DNA of 64,000 bases from a virus: the IMG/VR virus record IMGVR_UViG_3300028588_000820; one strand, written 5' to 3'. The translations under genes and the position numbers were made by a program. This document shows, in pieces, positions 39,338 through 49,370 of this stretch. Every line of letters begins with the position of its first letter. The stretch's first letter is position 1. The notes under the pieces were generated by a model. The model saw only the letters and a program-made list of their open reading frames with translations, was not told where the DNA came from and did no database searches.

Positions 39338-42043
39338 TTGCCACGTAATTTTGTAGGCGCGCAATACAGTAGCTTTTCTCAAGAAGTTCTGGTGTGGGAA
39401 CGCGACAGCGACCACCCAGAACAAGGCCGAGCGTTGAAGAGGTACAAAGCACCGTACTACTTCTACATTCCGGACGAGAACGGTGAACACGAGTCGATGT
39501 ATGGCATGAAGCTGAAGCTTCTGACGTTCGAAGACAAGGACACTTTCGATAAGGCATTGCAACAATATGCCACGCGCCAAAAACACGAAAGTGACATCAG
39601 TCCAGTGGACAAGATTCTGATGTCGAACTACTACAACGTAGACGCTCCGAACCTCCACTACACCCTCCTGGATATTGAGGTTGACTACGACAAAGAACGT
39701 GGTTTCTCCTCACCAGAAAATCCATACGCTCCAATCAACGCCATTACCTTGTACAATCAATGGAACAAGGAATACCTGACCTTTGCTGTGCCACCGAAGT
39801 CATGGGCCGACAAAGACTGGGATGCGATGCTGGACAAAACTCTCCCGTCGAAGGTTACGCTGTTCGATAGTGAGAAGGACCTACTCAAAGCCACGCTACT
39901 GGCAATCGAAGATTCAGACGTCATCTCTGGATGGAACTCGGACTTCTTCGATATGCCGTACCTTGTCAAACGTACCGAAATGGTTCTTGGCAAGGACGCT
40001 GCTCGACTCTGGTGCTTCCGCAACTGTCCGGCACCGCGATTCGAAGAGGTGGAACGATTCAACGAGAAGCGAGTTACTGTTCGACTATACGGTCGTTCAC
40101 ATCTTGATTTCTTGCAATTGTTCAAGAAGTTTGCATTCGGTGGTCGTTCGTCCTACTCGTTGAAAGCAATTTCCGAGGAAGAGCTGCCGGACATGACAAA
40201 GATTGAGTATGCTGGCACGCTGGAGAACCTGTACAACGAGGACTTCAACTTCTTCCTGCGATACAACATTCGAGACACCGAAATTCTGGACAAGCTCGAT
40301 GCTAAGTTCAAGTACATCGAACTAGCAAACGAGATCACCCACGCCAACACGGTTACGTTGGATGGTGCACTAGGTTCAGTGCGACTGATCGACACTGGCA
40401 TTGTGAACTACTGCCACCACGAGCTAAAGCTACGAGTGCCAGATCGCAACACCAAAGTTGGCCCGACGATTGAAGGCGCTCTAGTCTTGAATCCGAAAGT
40501 CGGTATGCACCAGTGGATCGGTTCTGTCGACATCAACTCGCTATATCCGTCAACGATGCGTTCGCTGAACATCTCGCCAGAGAAGATCATCGGACAGTTC
40601 ACTCAGAACACTGGCATCATGCAGATTGATGGTGAAGCGGACTGGATTGGCATCTCGAACAAGGACAATCTGCTTCATGTCCTATACTTCGAAGATGGCA
40701 CCTATGCTGAACACACTGGTGCTGAATGGTACGAAATCCTGAAAGCCAGAAAGTGGGCAATCTCAGCATTCGGTACCGTGTTCGATCAAGGCAATGGCCA
40801 AGGCGTTATCCCGGGTCTGCTGACTTCGTGGTACGCTGAACGTAAGAGCCTGCAGAAGTTGAAGCTTGAGTGGGACAACAAAGCTGACCTTGAAAAGCCT
40901 GGTTCGCCAGAGTATATCAAGTGCAAGTACATGGTTGAGTACTACGACAAGAAGCAGATGGTCAAGAAGCTGCTGCTGAACTCGTTGTACGGCGCTGTGA
41001 TTAACGAATACGATCGATTCTTCGATCCACGCATGGGTGCTAGTACCACCGCAACTGGACGTAAGATTACCGGTCACATGATTTCGAAAATCTCAGAGCT
41101 ACTGACTGGTGAATATGCACAGGTCCTCAAGACCGTGACCATCGATAAAGATGGTGAGCCAGAGAACGTGTACACCTGCGAATCCAAAGCAGCGATCTAC
41201 TCCGACACTGACTCGTGCTACTTCAACACTTTTGCTGACAATAAGGAAGAAGCGATTCTCGTCGCTGATACTGTTGGCGATCAGGTCAATGACTCGTTCA
41301 TTCCGTTCATGCAAGACAAGTTCCTGTGCCAGCCGACTTATGATGTGCTGATCAAAGCAGGTCGTGAAGTTGTTGCCGACCGAGGCATCTTCCAAGCGAA
41401 GAAGAAGTACGTTCTTCGTGTGGTGAACCTTGACGGCAAAGATGTGAAGCCTGGTTCGGCAAAGTCACTGAAGGTCATGGGCGGCGAGATCAAAAAGTCC
41501 GACACGCCTAAGGTTATTCAGGCCTTCCTCAAGGAGACCACCTTACGTATCCTGGACGGCGCTACGTACCAAGAGATTGAAGAGTACGTCAACTCGGAAC
41601 GTAAGAAGTTTAAGACCACGACTGACTTGATGACCATCGGTATTCCGAAGGGTTGCAACAAGCTCGAAATGTATTACGACGAGTTCGTTCGGTACGAAAA
41701 GCCCGGCATCAAGAAGGTTCGCTTGCCTGGCCACGTTCGCTCCGCCATCAACTTCAATGAGCACCTCAAAGAAGTCGGTGACAAGGTGATTCAGCCGATT
41801 AAGTCTGGCAACAAGATCAAGGTGTTCTACTTGAAGCCGAACGACATGCAGTACACCAGCATTGGCGTTCCTGTTGACTTGGAAGAACTACCAACGTGGT
41901 TCAAAGAAGACTTCGCGATTGACATCAAGAAGACTGAAGAGAAACTGATCGACCTAAAGTTGGAAAGTATTTTCGGTCCAATGGGTTGGGTGGTTCCGAC
42001 TCCACAAACTGCTCGCAACAACAAACTGCTAGCATGGGATTGA
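39338..42043 (+). CDS. Family B DNA polymerase (gp43-like), TTG start
   Basis: LDIEV, GWNSDFFD, DINSLYPS, KLLLNSLYG, YSDTDS, KKKY. Confidence 0.97.
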   Translation: MPRNFVGAQYSSFSQEVLVWERDSDHPEQGRALKRYKAPYYFYIPDENGEHESMYGMKLKLLTFEDKDTFDKALQQYATRQKHESDISPVDKILMSNYYNVDAPNLHYTLLDIEVDYDKERGFSSPENPYAPINAITLYNQWNKEYLTFAVPPKSWADKDWDAMLDKTLPSKVTLFDSEKDLLKATLLAIEDSDVISGWNSDFFDMPYLVKRTEMVLGKDAARLWCFRNCPAPRFEEVERFNEKRVTVRLYGRSHLDFLQLFKKFAFGGRSSYSLKAISEEELPDMTKIEYAGTLENLYNEDFNFFLRYNIRDTEILDKLDAKFKYIELANEITHANTVTLDGALGSVRLIDTGIVNYCHHELKLRVPDRNTKVGPTIEGALVLNPKVGMHQWIGSVDINSLYPSTMRSLNISPEKIIGQFTQNTGIMQIDGEADWIGISNKDNLLHVLYFEDGTYAEHTGAEWYEILKARKWAISAFGTVFDQGNGQGVIPGLLTSWYAERKSLQKLKLEWDNKADLEKPGSPEYIKCKYMVEYYDKKQMVKKLLLNSLYGAVINEYDRFFDPRMGASTTATGRKITGHMISKISELLTGEYAQVLKTVTIDKDGEPENVYTCESKAAIYSDTDSCYFNTFADNKEEAILVADTVGDQVNDSFIPFMQDKFLCQPTYDVLIKAGREVVADRGIFQAKKKYVLRVVNLDGKDVKPGSAKSLKVMGGEIKKSDTPKVIQAFLKETTLRILDGATYQEIEEYVNSERKKFKTTTDLMTIGIPKGCNKLEMYYDEFVRYEKPGIKKVRLPGHVRSAINFNEHLKEVGDKVIQPIKSGNKIKVFYLKPNDMQYTSIGVPVDLEELPTWFKEDFAIDIKKTEEKLIDLKLESIFGPMGWVVPTPQTARNNKLLAWD

Positions 42044-42105
42044 TGTTATAATTCTCACTCACGGATGACGATGGAAACGTCGTTATCCGTCCTAACAAAA
42101 ATAAT

Positions 42106-42429
42106 ATGTCTGACAAACTCCTCCTCGTCAAGTTCGATCTGGACTTGTACTACTCCCACGCAATTGGCGTCTTCACCATCACTGCTGACAAACTTCAACT
42201 AATCCTTGAAGAAAATCCTTCTGTTTACCTAGGCGAAATCTCTGGTAAGCACTCCGAAATCGAAGAGCGCATTGCCAGGAACCTATTGGTTCTAAGCGAT
42301 GACATCGAGTACATCAAAGACTTCCAAGCGAAGTGTGGTCTACCCGAAAGTGAAATCGGTCAAGAAGGCAAAGTGTTCGGTATCGATCCAATCTCCCACC
42401 TCGAAGAATCTGGCTTCTTCGACGACTAA
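42106..42429 (+). CDS. Hypothetical protein
   Basis: YLGEISGKHSEI motif. Confidence 0.65.
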   Translation: MSDKLLLVKFDLDLYYSHAIGVFTITADKLQLILEENPSVYLGEISGKHSEIEERIARNLLVLSDDIEYIKDFQAKCGLPESEIGQEGKVFGIDPISHLEESGFFDD

Positions 42430-42447
42430 TCCTCCCACAAAAATAAT

Positions 42448-43194
42448 ATGAAGCTATCACAAGCATCCGTTCTCAAACTCAAGACCCTGCTGCAAACCGT
42501 TTCGCTGGTCAAGATCGATCGCCTGATCATCGAACCAAACCTGATCCGTGGTGTCGATGAAGATCAAACCGTCGTCATCGTGTCGGATCAAAACGTGCCT
42601 GATTTCGGTGGTGCCAAAGTTGGTCTGAATCGTCTATCGATTCTGGCAAACCGTATCGCACTGTTCGATTCAGACGAAGCATTCGCTGTCGAAGCAGTTG
42701 AAGCACCATCCCGTGACGATGATGGCACCGACATCTCGTCGTTCAAGCTGGCATCGAAAGGTTCGAAGTTCGAATATAAGACCGCTCGTGTTGGCACCAT
42801 CAAAGCACCAAAGCGTGTTAATGATTCGTTCGTCTGGGCAGTGACTGTTCCTGTCGAAGCTGTCAAGCTGGCAATCAGCGCAGCAAACACCATGGGCAGT
42901 GATCAACTGGCTCTGGTCTCGAAAGCGTCCGGCGAAGTGCTGTTCGAAATCGTCGACAGCGCAACTCAAGACACCTTCACTACCAAGATTGCTGACGAAG
43001 CAACCTGGATTCCTGAAGATGAAGATCAGCCATCGCAATCGTTCGTTCACTACTATGCTGTCAAAGCTCTGATGCCTCTGCTGAAAGCATCGTCGGCACA
43101 AGGCGAACCAGTCCTACTGGTCGGCGAAGAAGGCATGCTGCAGGTGACAGTCAACGGCTACACCATGACCCTACTGCCACGCGAAAGCGAGTAA
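42448..43194 (+). CDS. Probable sliding clamp (gp45-like)
   Basis: 248 aa, MKLS start, clamp-like alternating pattern, between polymerase and RNase H. Confidence 0.55.
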   Translation: MKLSQASVLKLKTLLQTVSLVKIDRLIIEPNLIRGVDEDQTVVIVSDQNVPDFGGAKVGLNRLSILANRIALFDSDEAFAVEAVEAPSRDDDGTDISSFKLASKGSKFEYKTARVGTIKAPKRVNDSFVWAVTVPVEAVKLAISAANTMGSDQLALVSKASGEVLFEIVDSATQDTFTTKIADEATWIPEDEDQPSQSFVHYYAVKALMPLLKASSAQGEPVLLVGEEGMLQVTVNGYTMTLLPRESE

Positions 43195-43197
43195 GCA

Positions 43198-43731
43198 ATG
43201 ATGGACTTCTTGAAGAAACTATTCGGGAAGAAGGAGCAACTCGCTCCTCCATCGCCCACCGTTCTGTCGTTCACCGTTGAGGTGACCAAAGACGAAAAAG
43301 GTGAAGACGTAAACTTCGTTGGTCTTCAACTCAAGGATGCTGCTGGCTTCTTGAACTTCTTACGCAATAGTGAGTTCCCACTTGATCCGCGTCTGTACTC
43401 GGACAAGGAACTGGCTCACGTGTTCATCTATCAGTACTGCCAAAACTGGCTGGCTGATAACCTGAAACAGCCGATGTTCGTTGAGACCCATACGTTCCAA
43501 GCGCATGGTGAAATCAAGTACGAACGTGTGTGGAATACTGCATTCGCCGAATCGGTTGCTAAGGTCGGCTTCGACACTTTGCCTCCGACTGAAGACGAGA
43601 TGATGGAGATGTACATGAACTACATCTACGGCACTCGTTTGATGGAAGAAATGGAAATGGCTGAATCAGCCAATCCACAATCGGTTGCTCACCCACAGCT
43701 GACCAGCCCAGAAAATCAATTCAAAGGTTAA
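43198..43731 (+). CDS. Hypothetical protein
   Basis: Packed ORF. Confidence 0.65.
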   Translation: MMDFLKKLFGKKEQLAPPSPTVLSFTVEVTKDEKGEDVNFVGLQLKDAAGFLNFLRNSEFPLDPRLYSDKELAHVFIYQYCQNWLADNLKQPMFVETHTFQAHGEIKYERVWNTAFAESVAKVGFDTLPPTEDEMMEMYMNYIYGTRLMEEMEMAESANPQSVAHPQLTSPENQFKG

Positions 43732-43737
43732 ACCCAC

Positions 43738-44760
43738 ATGGCAACCAAAATGGTTATCGACACCGCCAACCTACTGTTCCGAGTAGCAGCGGTGAATAAA
43801 GGTACGAACTTTGGTACTCCCGAGGAACAGGCTGGACTGGCGCTACACATGGCCTTCCAGACTGTCCACAAGTACTACAAGAAGTTCAAACCAGACCAGA
43901 TCGCTTTCACCTTCGAAGGTGGACGCAACTGGCGCAAGACTTACACCAAATCATCCGAAGCAGTATCAGGTAACATCTACAAAGCGAACCGTGTCAAGGA
44001 CGCTTCGATGGAGCCGTACTTCCAGATGATGGACTCATTCCGTGAAGTCATGACCGCTCACACCTCTGCAATCATTCTTCGCAATGACTTGTGTGAAGGT
44101 GACGATATGTTCGCTGCATACGTTCAGGCCAACTCTAACGGCGTAGATACGATCATCGGCATTTCTGGCGATAGAGACTTCGTCCAATTGTTGAAGTTCC
44201 CTGGCTTCCGCCTGATCAATCCTGACAATGGCAAAGATCGCAATCAGCCAGGCGACAAAGAGTACTACGACGACATCGACTACTTCGTGTTCAAGAAGTG
44301 TGTCCGAGGCGATATGGGTGACTATGTGTTCAGCGCATATCCTCGTGTTCGCGAAGACAAGATCAAGAAGGCATATGCTGATCCACTGTACCGCGCGGAG
44401 TTCATGCGCAATACGTGGGACATCAAGGATGATGACGGCAACGTCGTGAAGACCAATGTGGTCGGTGAACTCTTCGAAGAGAATCGCCTACTGATGGACT
44501 TGACTGCCCAGCCAGACAACATCCGCGAACTGATGATGCAAACGGTTCGTGAAGCCGAAGCCAATATCGGTACGTACAGCAACTTCCACTTCCTACGATT
44601 CCTCGGCAAAAACGGTTTGAACACCATTGCCGAACACATCGACCAGTATACCGAGATGCTTTGCGCAAATACTCGATACAAGAAGAAGCTGGAACAAATC
44701 GCTGCTGGTGAACTTCCACCAGAGCCAGTCAAAGTAAAGAAAGTTCTACTGGATTTCTAA
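43738..44760 (+). CDS. RNase H / 5'-3' flap exonuclease (T4 Rnh-like)
   Basis: IDTAN, WRK, YKANR, EGDD, SGDRDF.QL, GDMGD. Confidence 0.9.
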   Translation: MATKMVIDTANLLFRVAAVNKGTNFGTPEEQAGLALHMAFQTVHKYYKKFKPDQIAFTFEGGRNWRKTYTKSSEAVSGNIYKANRVKDASMEPYFQMMDSFREVMTAHTSAIILRNDLCEGDDMFAAYVQANSNGVDTIIGISGDRDFVQLLKFPGFRLINPDNGKDRNQPGDKEYYDDIDYFVFKKCVRGDMGDYVFSAYPRVREDKIKKAYADPLYRAEFMRNTWDIKDDDGNVVKTNVVGELFEENRLLMDLTAQPDNIRELMMQTVREAEANIGTYSNFHFLRFLGKNGLNTIAEHIDQYTEMLCANTRYKKKLEQIAAGELPPEPVKVKKVLLDF

Positions 44761-44761
44761 C

Positions 44762-45118
44762 ATGTCCGACGATACCTGGAATAGACAGATTCAAACTGAA
44801 AAAGGCAAGTACATGCAAAAGCTGTTTCCATACCGCGATGCATATCTTGCCGACTCCGACCTGGCTGAGCTAGTCGACGCCATTGCAACATCAGCAGCTA
44901 CACGTGCGCTGAATGCAGCGTATGGCGGTGAACACAATGATGGAGGTGCAAGCTCTGAGATTCGTCAGCTAAGTGCCTTCCTTGACGGTGTGCTTTACGC
45001 TGAGACTGGCAAGCTGCTAGGCCCATATGCTGAAGCGCTGAAGAACATCAAGATGCAACAAGACCCAGAGTACCAGAAGTTCTTGGAACTCAAGAAGAAA
45101 TTCGAAGGCAAAGAATGA
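44762..45118 (+). CDS. Hypothetical protein
   Basis: DPEYQKFLELKKKF tail. Confidence 0.6.
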   Translation: MSDDTWNRQIQTEKGKYMQKLFPYRDAYLADSDLAELVDAIATSAATRALNAAYGGEHNDGGASSEIRQLSAFLDGVLYAETGKLLGPYAEALKNIKMQQDPEYQKFLELKKKFEGKE

Positions 45119-45471
45119 GCTCACGCTACGCAATCCATCCAATGGAACAGAAGTTTCGTGAAGACATGATCGAGCAAGCGAAACGGGATGCTTATATCAA
45201 AGATATTTTTGCCGAGTGTGAAGAGCTAGGAATTACCGAACCTTCACGCATCGCCAAACGTGCATTCATCATGGGTCAGTATTATGAGAACCTAAAGAAG
45301 GCTGTGGTTCCGCGTCCTAATCCGATTCGCACGTACGAAGAATGGCTTGATACAAAAGTCGGCGCAATGGTCGAAGATACTGAAATCTGCATCCGTCACT
45401 ACATCGGCCCAGACCAGCACATGATCGCAAAGCTCGTCTACGAAACCTTGATGAAAGAACTTGCAAAATGA
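45115..45471 (+). CDS. Hypothetical protein
   Basis: Coupled ORF. Confidence 0.6.
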   Translation: MSSRYAIHPMEQKFREDMIEQAKRDAYIKDIFAECEELGITEPSRIAKRAFIMGQYYENLKKAVVPRPNPIRTYEEWLDTKVGAMVEDTEICIRHYIGPDQHMIAKLVYETLMKELAK

Positions 45472-45791
45472 TTGCGATGTTGTTCCTGATGATTGTGGGA
45501 CATTACTTGGCAGATTATCCTCTCCAAGGGGATTTTCTAGCCAAGGCAAAGAATCGCAATACCGATGTTGGTAAGGAACATTGGGTTCATGCCTTAACGG
45601 CGCACTCAATGATCCATGCAGGCATGGTTGCGATGGTTACCGGAAATATGTGGCTCGGTCTAGCTGAAGCCATTGTTCATGGTAGTACCGACTTCCTTAA
45701 GTGTGAAGGTAAGATTTCTCTGAACCAAGACCAAGCAATCCATTTAGTAAGTAAAGTGGTTTGGGCAGTTTTTGCTGTCTGGTTCGCATAA
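45468..45791 (+). CDS. DUF3307-like membrane protein
   Basis: HYLADYPLQ, H..D..K, DQAIH. Confidence 0.8.
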   Translation: MIAMLFLMIVGHYLADYPLQGDFLAKAKNRNTDVGKEHWVHALTAHSMIHAGMVAMVTGNMWLGLAEAIVHGSTDFLKCEGKISLNQDQAIHLVSKVVWAVFAVWFA

Positions 45792-45867
45792 AGATTAGGA
45801 AGCAGTGTACAACGTTAAAAAGGCTGGGTATGATTGCTACATCGTTAACCACATAGTGGAGATTGCA

Positions 45868-46068
45868 ATGAGCACCAACAACCCAGACCAGCCAAGCGTT
45901 TACCAATTCGCGATCAACAATGTCAAGGCTCGCATCCGCGGCGACGAGAACAAGTCGAAGGCTGAACAAGGCACTGGCGCCCTGACCGCTTTCGCTGCAG
46001 CCGATATCCTGGCTACGGCGTTCATGAAGCCGTACGGTGAAGTCGTCAGCGACCTGATCCGAGTCTAA
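45868..46068 (+). CDS. Hypothetical protein
   Basis: GGAG SD. Confidence 0.55.
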   Translation: MSTNNPDQPSVYQFAINNVKARIRGDENKSKAEQGTGALTAFAAADILATAFMKPYGEVVSDLIRV

Positions 46069-46070
46069 TC

Positions 46071-46388
46071 ATGCCAACCAACCATGTCTCGGGAGTAGCC
46101 GATCTTCGCCGTGCGAATCTCAGAGCATGGATGGAAGGCAAGCGCATTCCCAAGGAAGAGAGAAGTTATTTCAGTCAACTTCTCTCTGGCTCGGCTTCGT
46201 TCGGTGAGCGTGCAGCTCGTCGCATCGAGAATGATTACGGAATGGAAAAGGGTTTTCTTGACCTCCCAATCGTTAATGAACCTGAAAAAGAACGATCCAA
46301 AGAGGAAATAATCAACATCATCGTTCAAAAGTTGGGTAAAATGTCTGTACGCAAACTAACAGCGCTATCGACGTTGTTGGACGAATAA
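46071..46388 (+). CDS. CI-repressor-like HTH protein
   Basis: RRANLR...SYFSQLL.G...FGERAARRIE..YGM..G.LD. Confidence 0.75.
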   Translation: MPTNHVSGVADLRRANLRAWMEGKRIPKEERSYFSQLLSGSASFGERAARRIENDYGMEKGFLDLPIVNEPEKERSKEEIINIIVQKLGKMSVRKLTALSTLLDE

Positions 46389-46410
46389 TATAGACATAGG
46401 AGTAGTAGAA

Positions 46411-46590
46411 ATGCTGTGGTACCTGTTTAAGCTGAAGAGCACCAATTTCGTTATCGTCATGGCTCAAACCCGTGATGCAGCAAAGGAAAAGTTCAAGGCC
46501 GTATGGCCGAACGAGAAAGCCAAGGTCGCTGAAGCCGGTGACGATCCAAACGACATGCCGGAAGGCGCCATCGAAATTCTGCACGCATGA
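46411..46590 (+). CDS. Small hypothetical protein (not in ORF track)
   Basis: AGGAG SD; MLWYLFKLK..., 59 aa, ATGA coupling. Confidence 0.6.
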   Translation: MLWYLFKLKSTNFVIVMAQTRDAAKEKFKAVWPNEKAKVAEAGDDPNDMPEGAIEILHA

Positions 46591-46940
46591 AAAACATCGC
46601 CGAGGTGTCACCAACCCGCCTCATGGAACTTGCCATTCAGGCCGGCCATGAGAATCCTGATCAGATGAAGCCGAACGTAATTTCGGAAGCGCAGCAGGCA
46701 ATCTACACCAAGTTCGCCAATCTGATTGGTGCGGCACTGCAAGAAGTTGGTGGCAATGCGATCGACTTGATGTTGACATATATCGACGACCTAACGATCG
46801 AAGCTGGAGATTCGTTCTACGTGATCGACTTCAAAACTCCAGGTGCAACCATCGATACGATGGCTTTGTATCGTTCGGAGAAGCGTAAAGGAATGTACTA
46901 TCATTTCACCGCGCTGATCGCAAAAGAACTTCGCGAATAA
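46587..46940 (+). CDS. Hypothetical protein
   Basis: Coupled ORF. Confidence 0.6.
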   Translation: MKNIAEVSPTRLMELAIQAGHENPDQMKPNVISEAQQAIYTKFANLIGAALQEVGGNAIDLMLTYIDDLTIEAGDSFYVIDFKTPGATIDTMALYRSEKRKGMYYHFTALIAKELRE

Positions 46941-46956
46941 GCCGTTTCACAAAAAC

Positions 46957-46983
46957 AAAAAAGGACCCATTGGGTCCTTTTTT
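46957..46983. terminator. Bidirectional terminator
   Basis: AAAAAAGGACCC-ATT-GGGTCCTTTTTT between convergent genes. Confidence 0.85.
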
Positions 46984-47097
46984 GTGTTTCTCATAAGCTT
47001 CTGCGTTGCCTAGTCCGTAGACCACAACCCCATACTGTTACCGCATCCAATTACATCCCTAGGGAATCCTCTTATACGGTGCAGTCGCTTTAATCGA

Positions 47098-47538
47098 TTA
47101 GCCTAGATCAGCTGGGATCGCTTCAGCTGGGTTGCTGAATTCCATACCTGGCATCTTGGTGTCTTTCGAGATCGAAGCTGCAGCTAGACCACCACCAAAC
47201 TGGGTTGAAGTGGTACCGGTACCGCGCTTGACTTTGATTAGGTTTGAGTGGAAGAAATCTAGAGCGTTCATGCCGTTCTCTAGTTTTGACTGAGCTAGTA
47301 GTTCCCATAGTGGGTACTTGTCAGCGTGCTGCGAAGTCACGATGCGCTTTAGGCGAGCTTTATCGATCACGTCTAGTGGAGCGATATCGATGTAGTGTAG
47401 GGTGCCATCTTCAGCGCGCTTGACAACCGCGATTTCTTCCAGAACACCGTCGTTATTCACGTCGACGTATTCGATGTGATTTAGGGTTGGAGCTGCCTTA
47501 GGAGCAGCGGCTTGACGGGTTGATAGTTGGTTCTTCAT
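47098..47538 (-). CDS. Conserved late protein
   Basis: AGGAG SD; TATAAATA on minus strand at 47575-47582. Confidence 0.8.
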   Translation of the reverse strand: MKNQLSTRQAAAPKAAPTLNHIEYVDVNNDGVLEEIAVVKRAEDGTLHYIDIAPLDVIDKARLKRIVTSQHADKYPLWELLAQSKLENGMNALDFFHSNLIKVKRGTGTTSTQFGGGLAAASISKDTKMPGMEFSNPAEAIPADLG

Positions 47539-47713
47539 TTGTTCTCCTGTTATTTGAGATGGAATTTATGTTTATATTTATAGCCCCAGGAAGCGGTCTG
47601 TTTTGCTTCGTGGAGAACGCAATCTGCATAATTCTATTTATCTAGCGAAAAAAGCTCACTTTTAGGAGTTTCCGCAATAAAATACGTCGTACCCTATACT
47701 CCACAAAAATAAT

Positions 47714-47926
47714 ATGAACGACCTCGAACATCAATACTTGTTCGACAAAGTCGTTTCGGCTGCCGCTGAAATGGTTTATGTCGAAGCCAATATCACGTTG
47801 GATGAAGCCAAGAAGCGCGCATCCGATGCTCTGACCGCACTCTGGTCCTATGACCTTTCGCGCAACCTCAACAAGCGAGGTGTAATCGCCGAGCTCACCA
47901 AATCCATTGCAGACCAAATCAAATAA
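47714..47926 (+). CDS. Hypothetical protein
   Basis: CAAAAATAATATG start. Confidence 0.65.
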   Translation: MNDLEHQYLFDKVVSAAAEMVYVEANITLDEAKKRASDALTALWSYDLSRNLNKRGVIAELTKSIADQIK

Positions 47927-47927
47927 T

Positions 47928-49127
47928 ATGAACGCAAAAACTTTGCTTCGAGACTTTGTCTCTTCTATCACGACACCGACAATTCAACGTCGGCAAGTGA
48001 TGGAATACTTCAGCACCAAAGGTGACCTCGAGCGTATGCTCAACATCATCAAGGCGACCTGCGCCGATGCGATCGTATCGACCGAGCCAACCGTGTACAA
48101 CACCGACAAATTCATGAAATGTGTCGAAGCTATCAGCGATGATGCGGTTGCTGCTCCAGCACAACTTGAAGCAAAGCCAGCGTTCAATGTCGTCGATGGG
48201 CGTGCTGATCCGAACCAGCCAGATGTTATCAAAACGGCATCATATCTGGAACTTGAAGAACTGATCGATCCGCAGTACCCGATCAACATCTATGTCACTG
48301 GCGAGACCGGCCTCGGCAAGACGACTTCGATCTTCGCGATCGGCAAGAAGTTCAATAAGCCAGTGGTTCGCGTGAACATGTCCGGCTCCACCGACCTGGA
48401 TGACTTGATCGGCGGTATCCGTATCGTTGATGGCAACACCGTCTTCGATCCTGGTCCAGTCGCTCTTGCAATGGAGATGGGCGCGATCCTTTTGCTTGAC
48501 GAATGCGATGCTGGTAAGCCGCAAGTCATGATCGACCTCCACCCAGTCCTCGAGCGTAAAGGCGTCCTCGCCAAGAAAGCTCGCAAGATGATCTACCCAG
48601 CACCCGGGTTCTGTGTCATCGCAACCGGTAACTCGAAAGGCTCGGGTGATGTAACTGGTAAATACATTGGTGTAAATACCATGAATCACGCGTTCATGCA
48701 ACGCTTCGCCGCCGTTGTAGACTTCATAGCGCCCAATCGTGTTGAGATTGAGCATATCATCAGAGGTAACCAACCGAAGCTCCCTTACTCCGTCCTGGCG
48801 AACCTGTGCAACTGGTATCAGCACGTTCGCGAGTCGTACGAAGCTGGCACCGTATCTGAGTACATCAATGCTCGTAAGATGCAAGACATCGCAGCCATTT
48901 GCATGATCTATCGTGCGAAGAACGGTACCGACACTTGCGTCTTGAAAGCTCTGCGCAAAGCGCTTGCTCAATACGAACAATCGGTGGTCGATGCTCTGGT
49001 TCAACTGTACGACACGATCGTCGAAGACATCGACGAAAAGCAAGCACTGCAAGCGGCATCGGCACCGAGCCAACTTGCATCCGAACCAGCTCGGGTTGAC
49101 GAGACTGGACAGCCAATCCCATTCTAA
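47928..49127 (+). CDS. CobS-like MoxR AAA+ ATPase
   Basis: GETGLGKT, LLLDECD, ATGNSKG, AFMQRF. Confidence 0.9.
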   Translation: MNAKTLLRDFVSSITTPTIQRRQVMEYFSTKGDLERMLNIIKATCADAIVSTEPTVYNTDKFMKCVEAISDDAVAAPAQLEAKPAFNVVDGRADPNQPDVIKTASYLELEELIDPQYPINIYVTGETGLGKTTSIFAIGKKFNKPVVRVNMSGSTDLDDLIGGIRIVDGNTVFDPGPVALAMEMGAILLLDECDAGKPQVMIDLHPVLERKGVLAKKARKMIYPAPGFCVIATGNSKGSGDVTGKYIGVNTMNHAFMQRFAAVVDFIAPNRVEIEHIIRGNQPKLPYSVLANLCNWYQHVRESYEAGTVSEYINARKMQDIAAICMIYRAKNGTDTCVLKALRKALAQYEQSVVDALVQLYDTIVEDIDEKQALQAASAPSQLASEPARVDETGQPIPF

Positions 49128-49129
49128 AC

Positions 49130-49369
49130 ATGATGCATAATCCTAAAATCGAAACCAAGCTGATGCTCGGTACCACTGAAATAGCAAAAGCTTTCTTGCT
49201 TGTTGTTCCAGATCGTGCCGAACGCATCGACATCGACGGCGCCGAGTACCAAGTTCTGGAACGTCGCTTTCATCTGAAGACTTCATACAACGGCGGCACG
49301 CCTTGCGGCTTCTCGCAATCTTGCACCCTTACCGTCAAGGCATTTAAACAGCCCACCCTGAATTGCTGA
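49130..49369 (+). CDS. Hypothetical protein
   Basis: Packed ORF. Confidence 0.55.
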   Translation: MMHNPKIETKLMLGTTEIAKAFLLVVPDRAERIDIDGAEYQVLERRFHLKTSYNGGTPCGFSQSCTLTVKAFKQPTLNC

Positions 49370-49370
49370 C

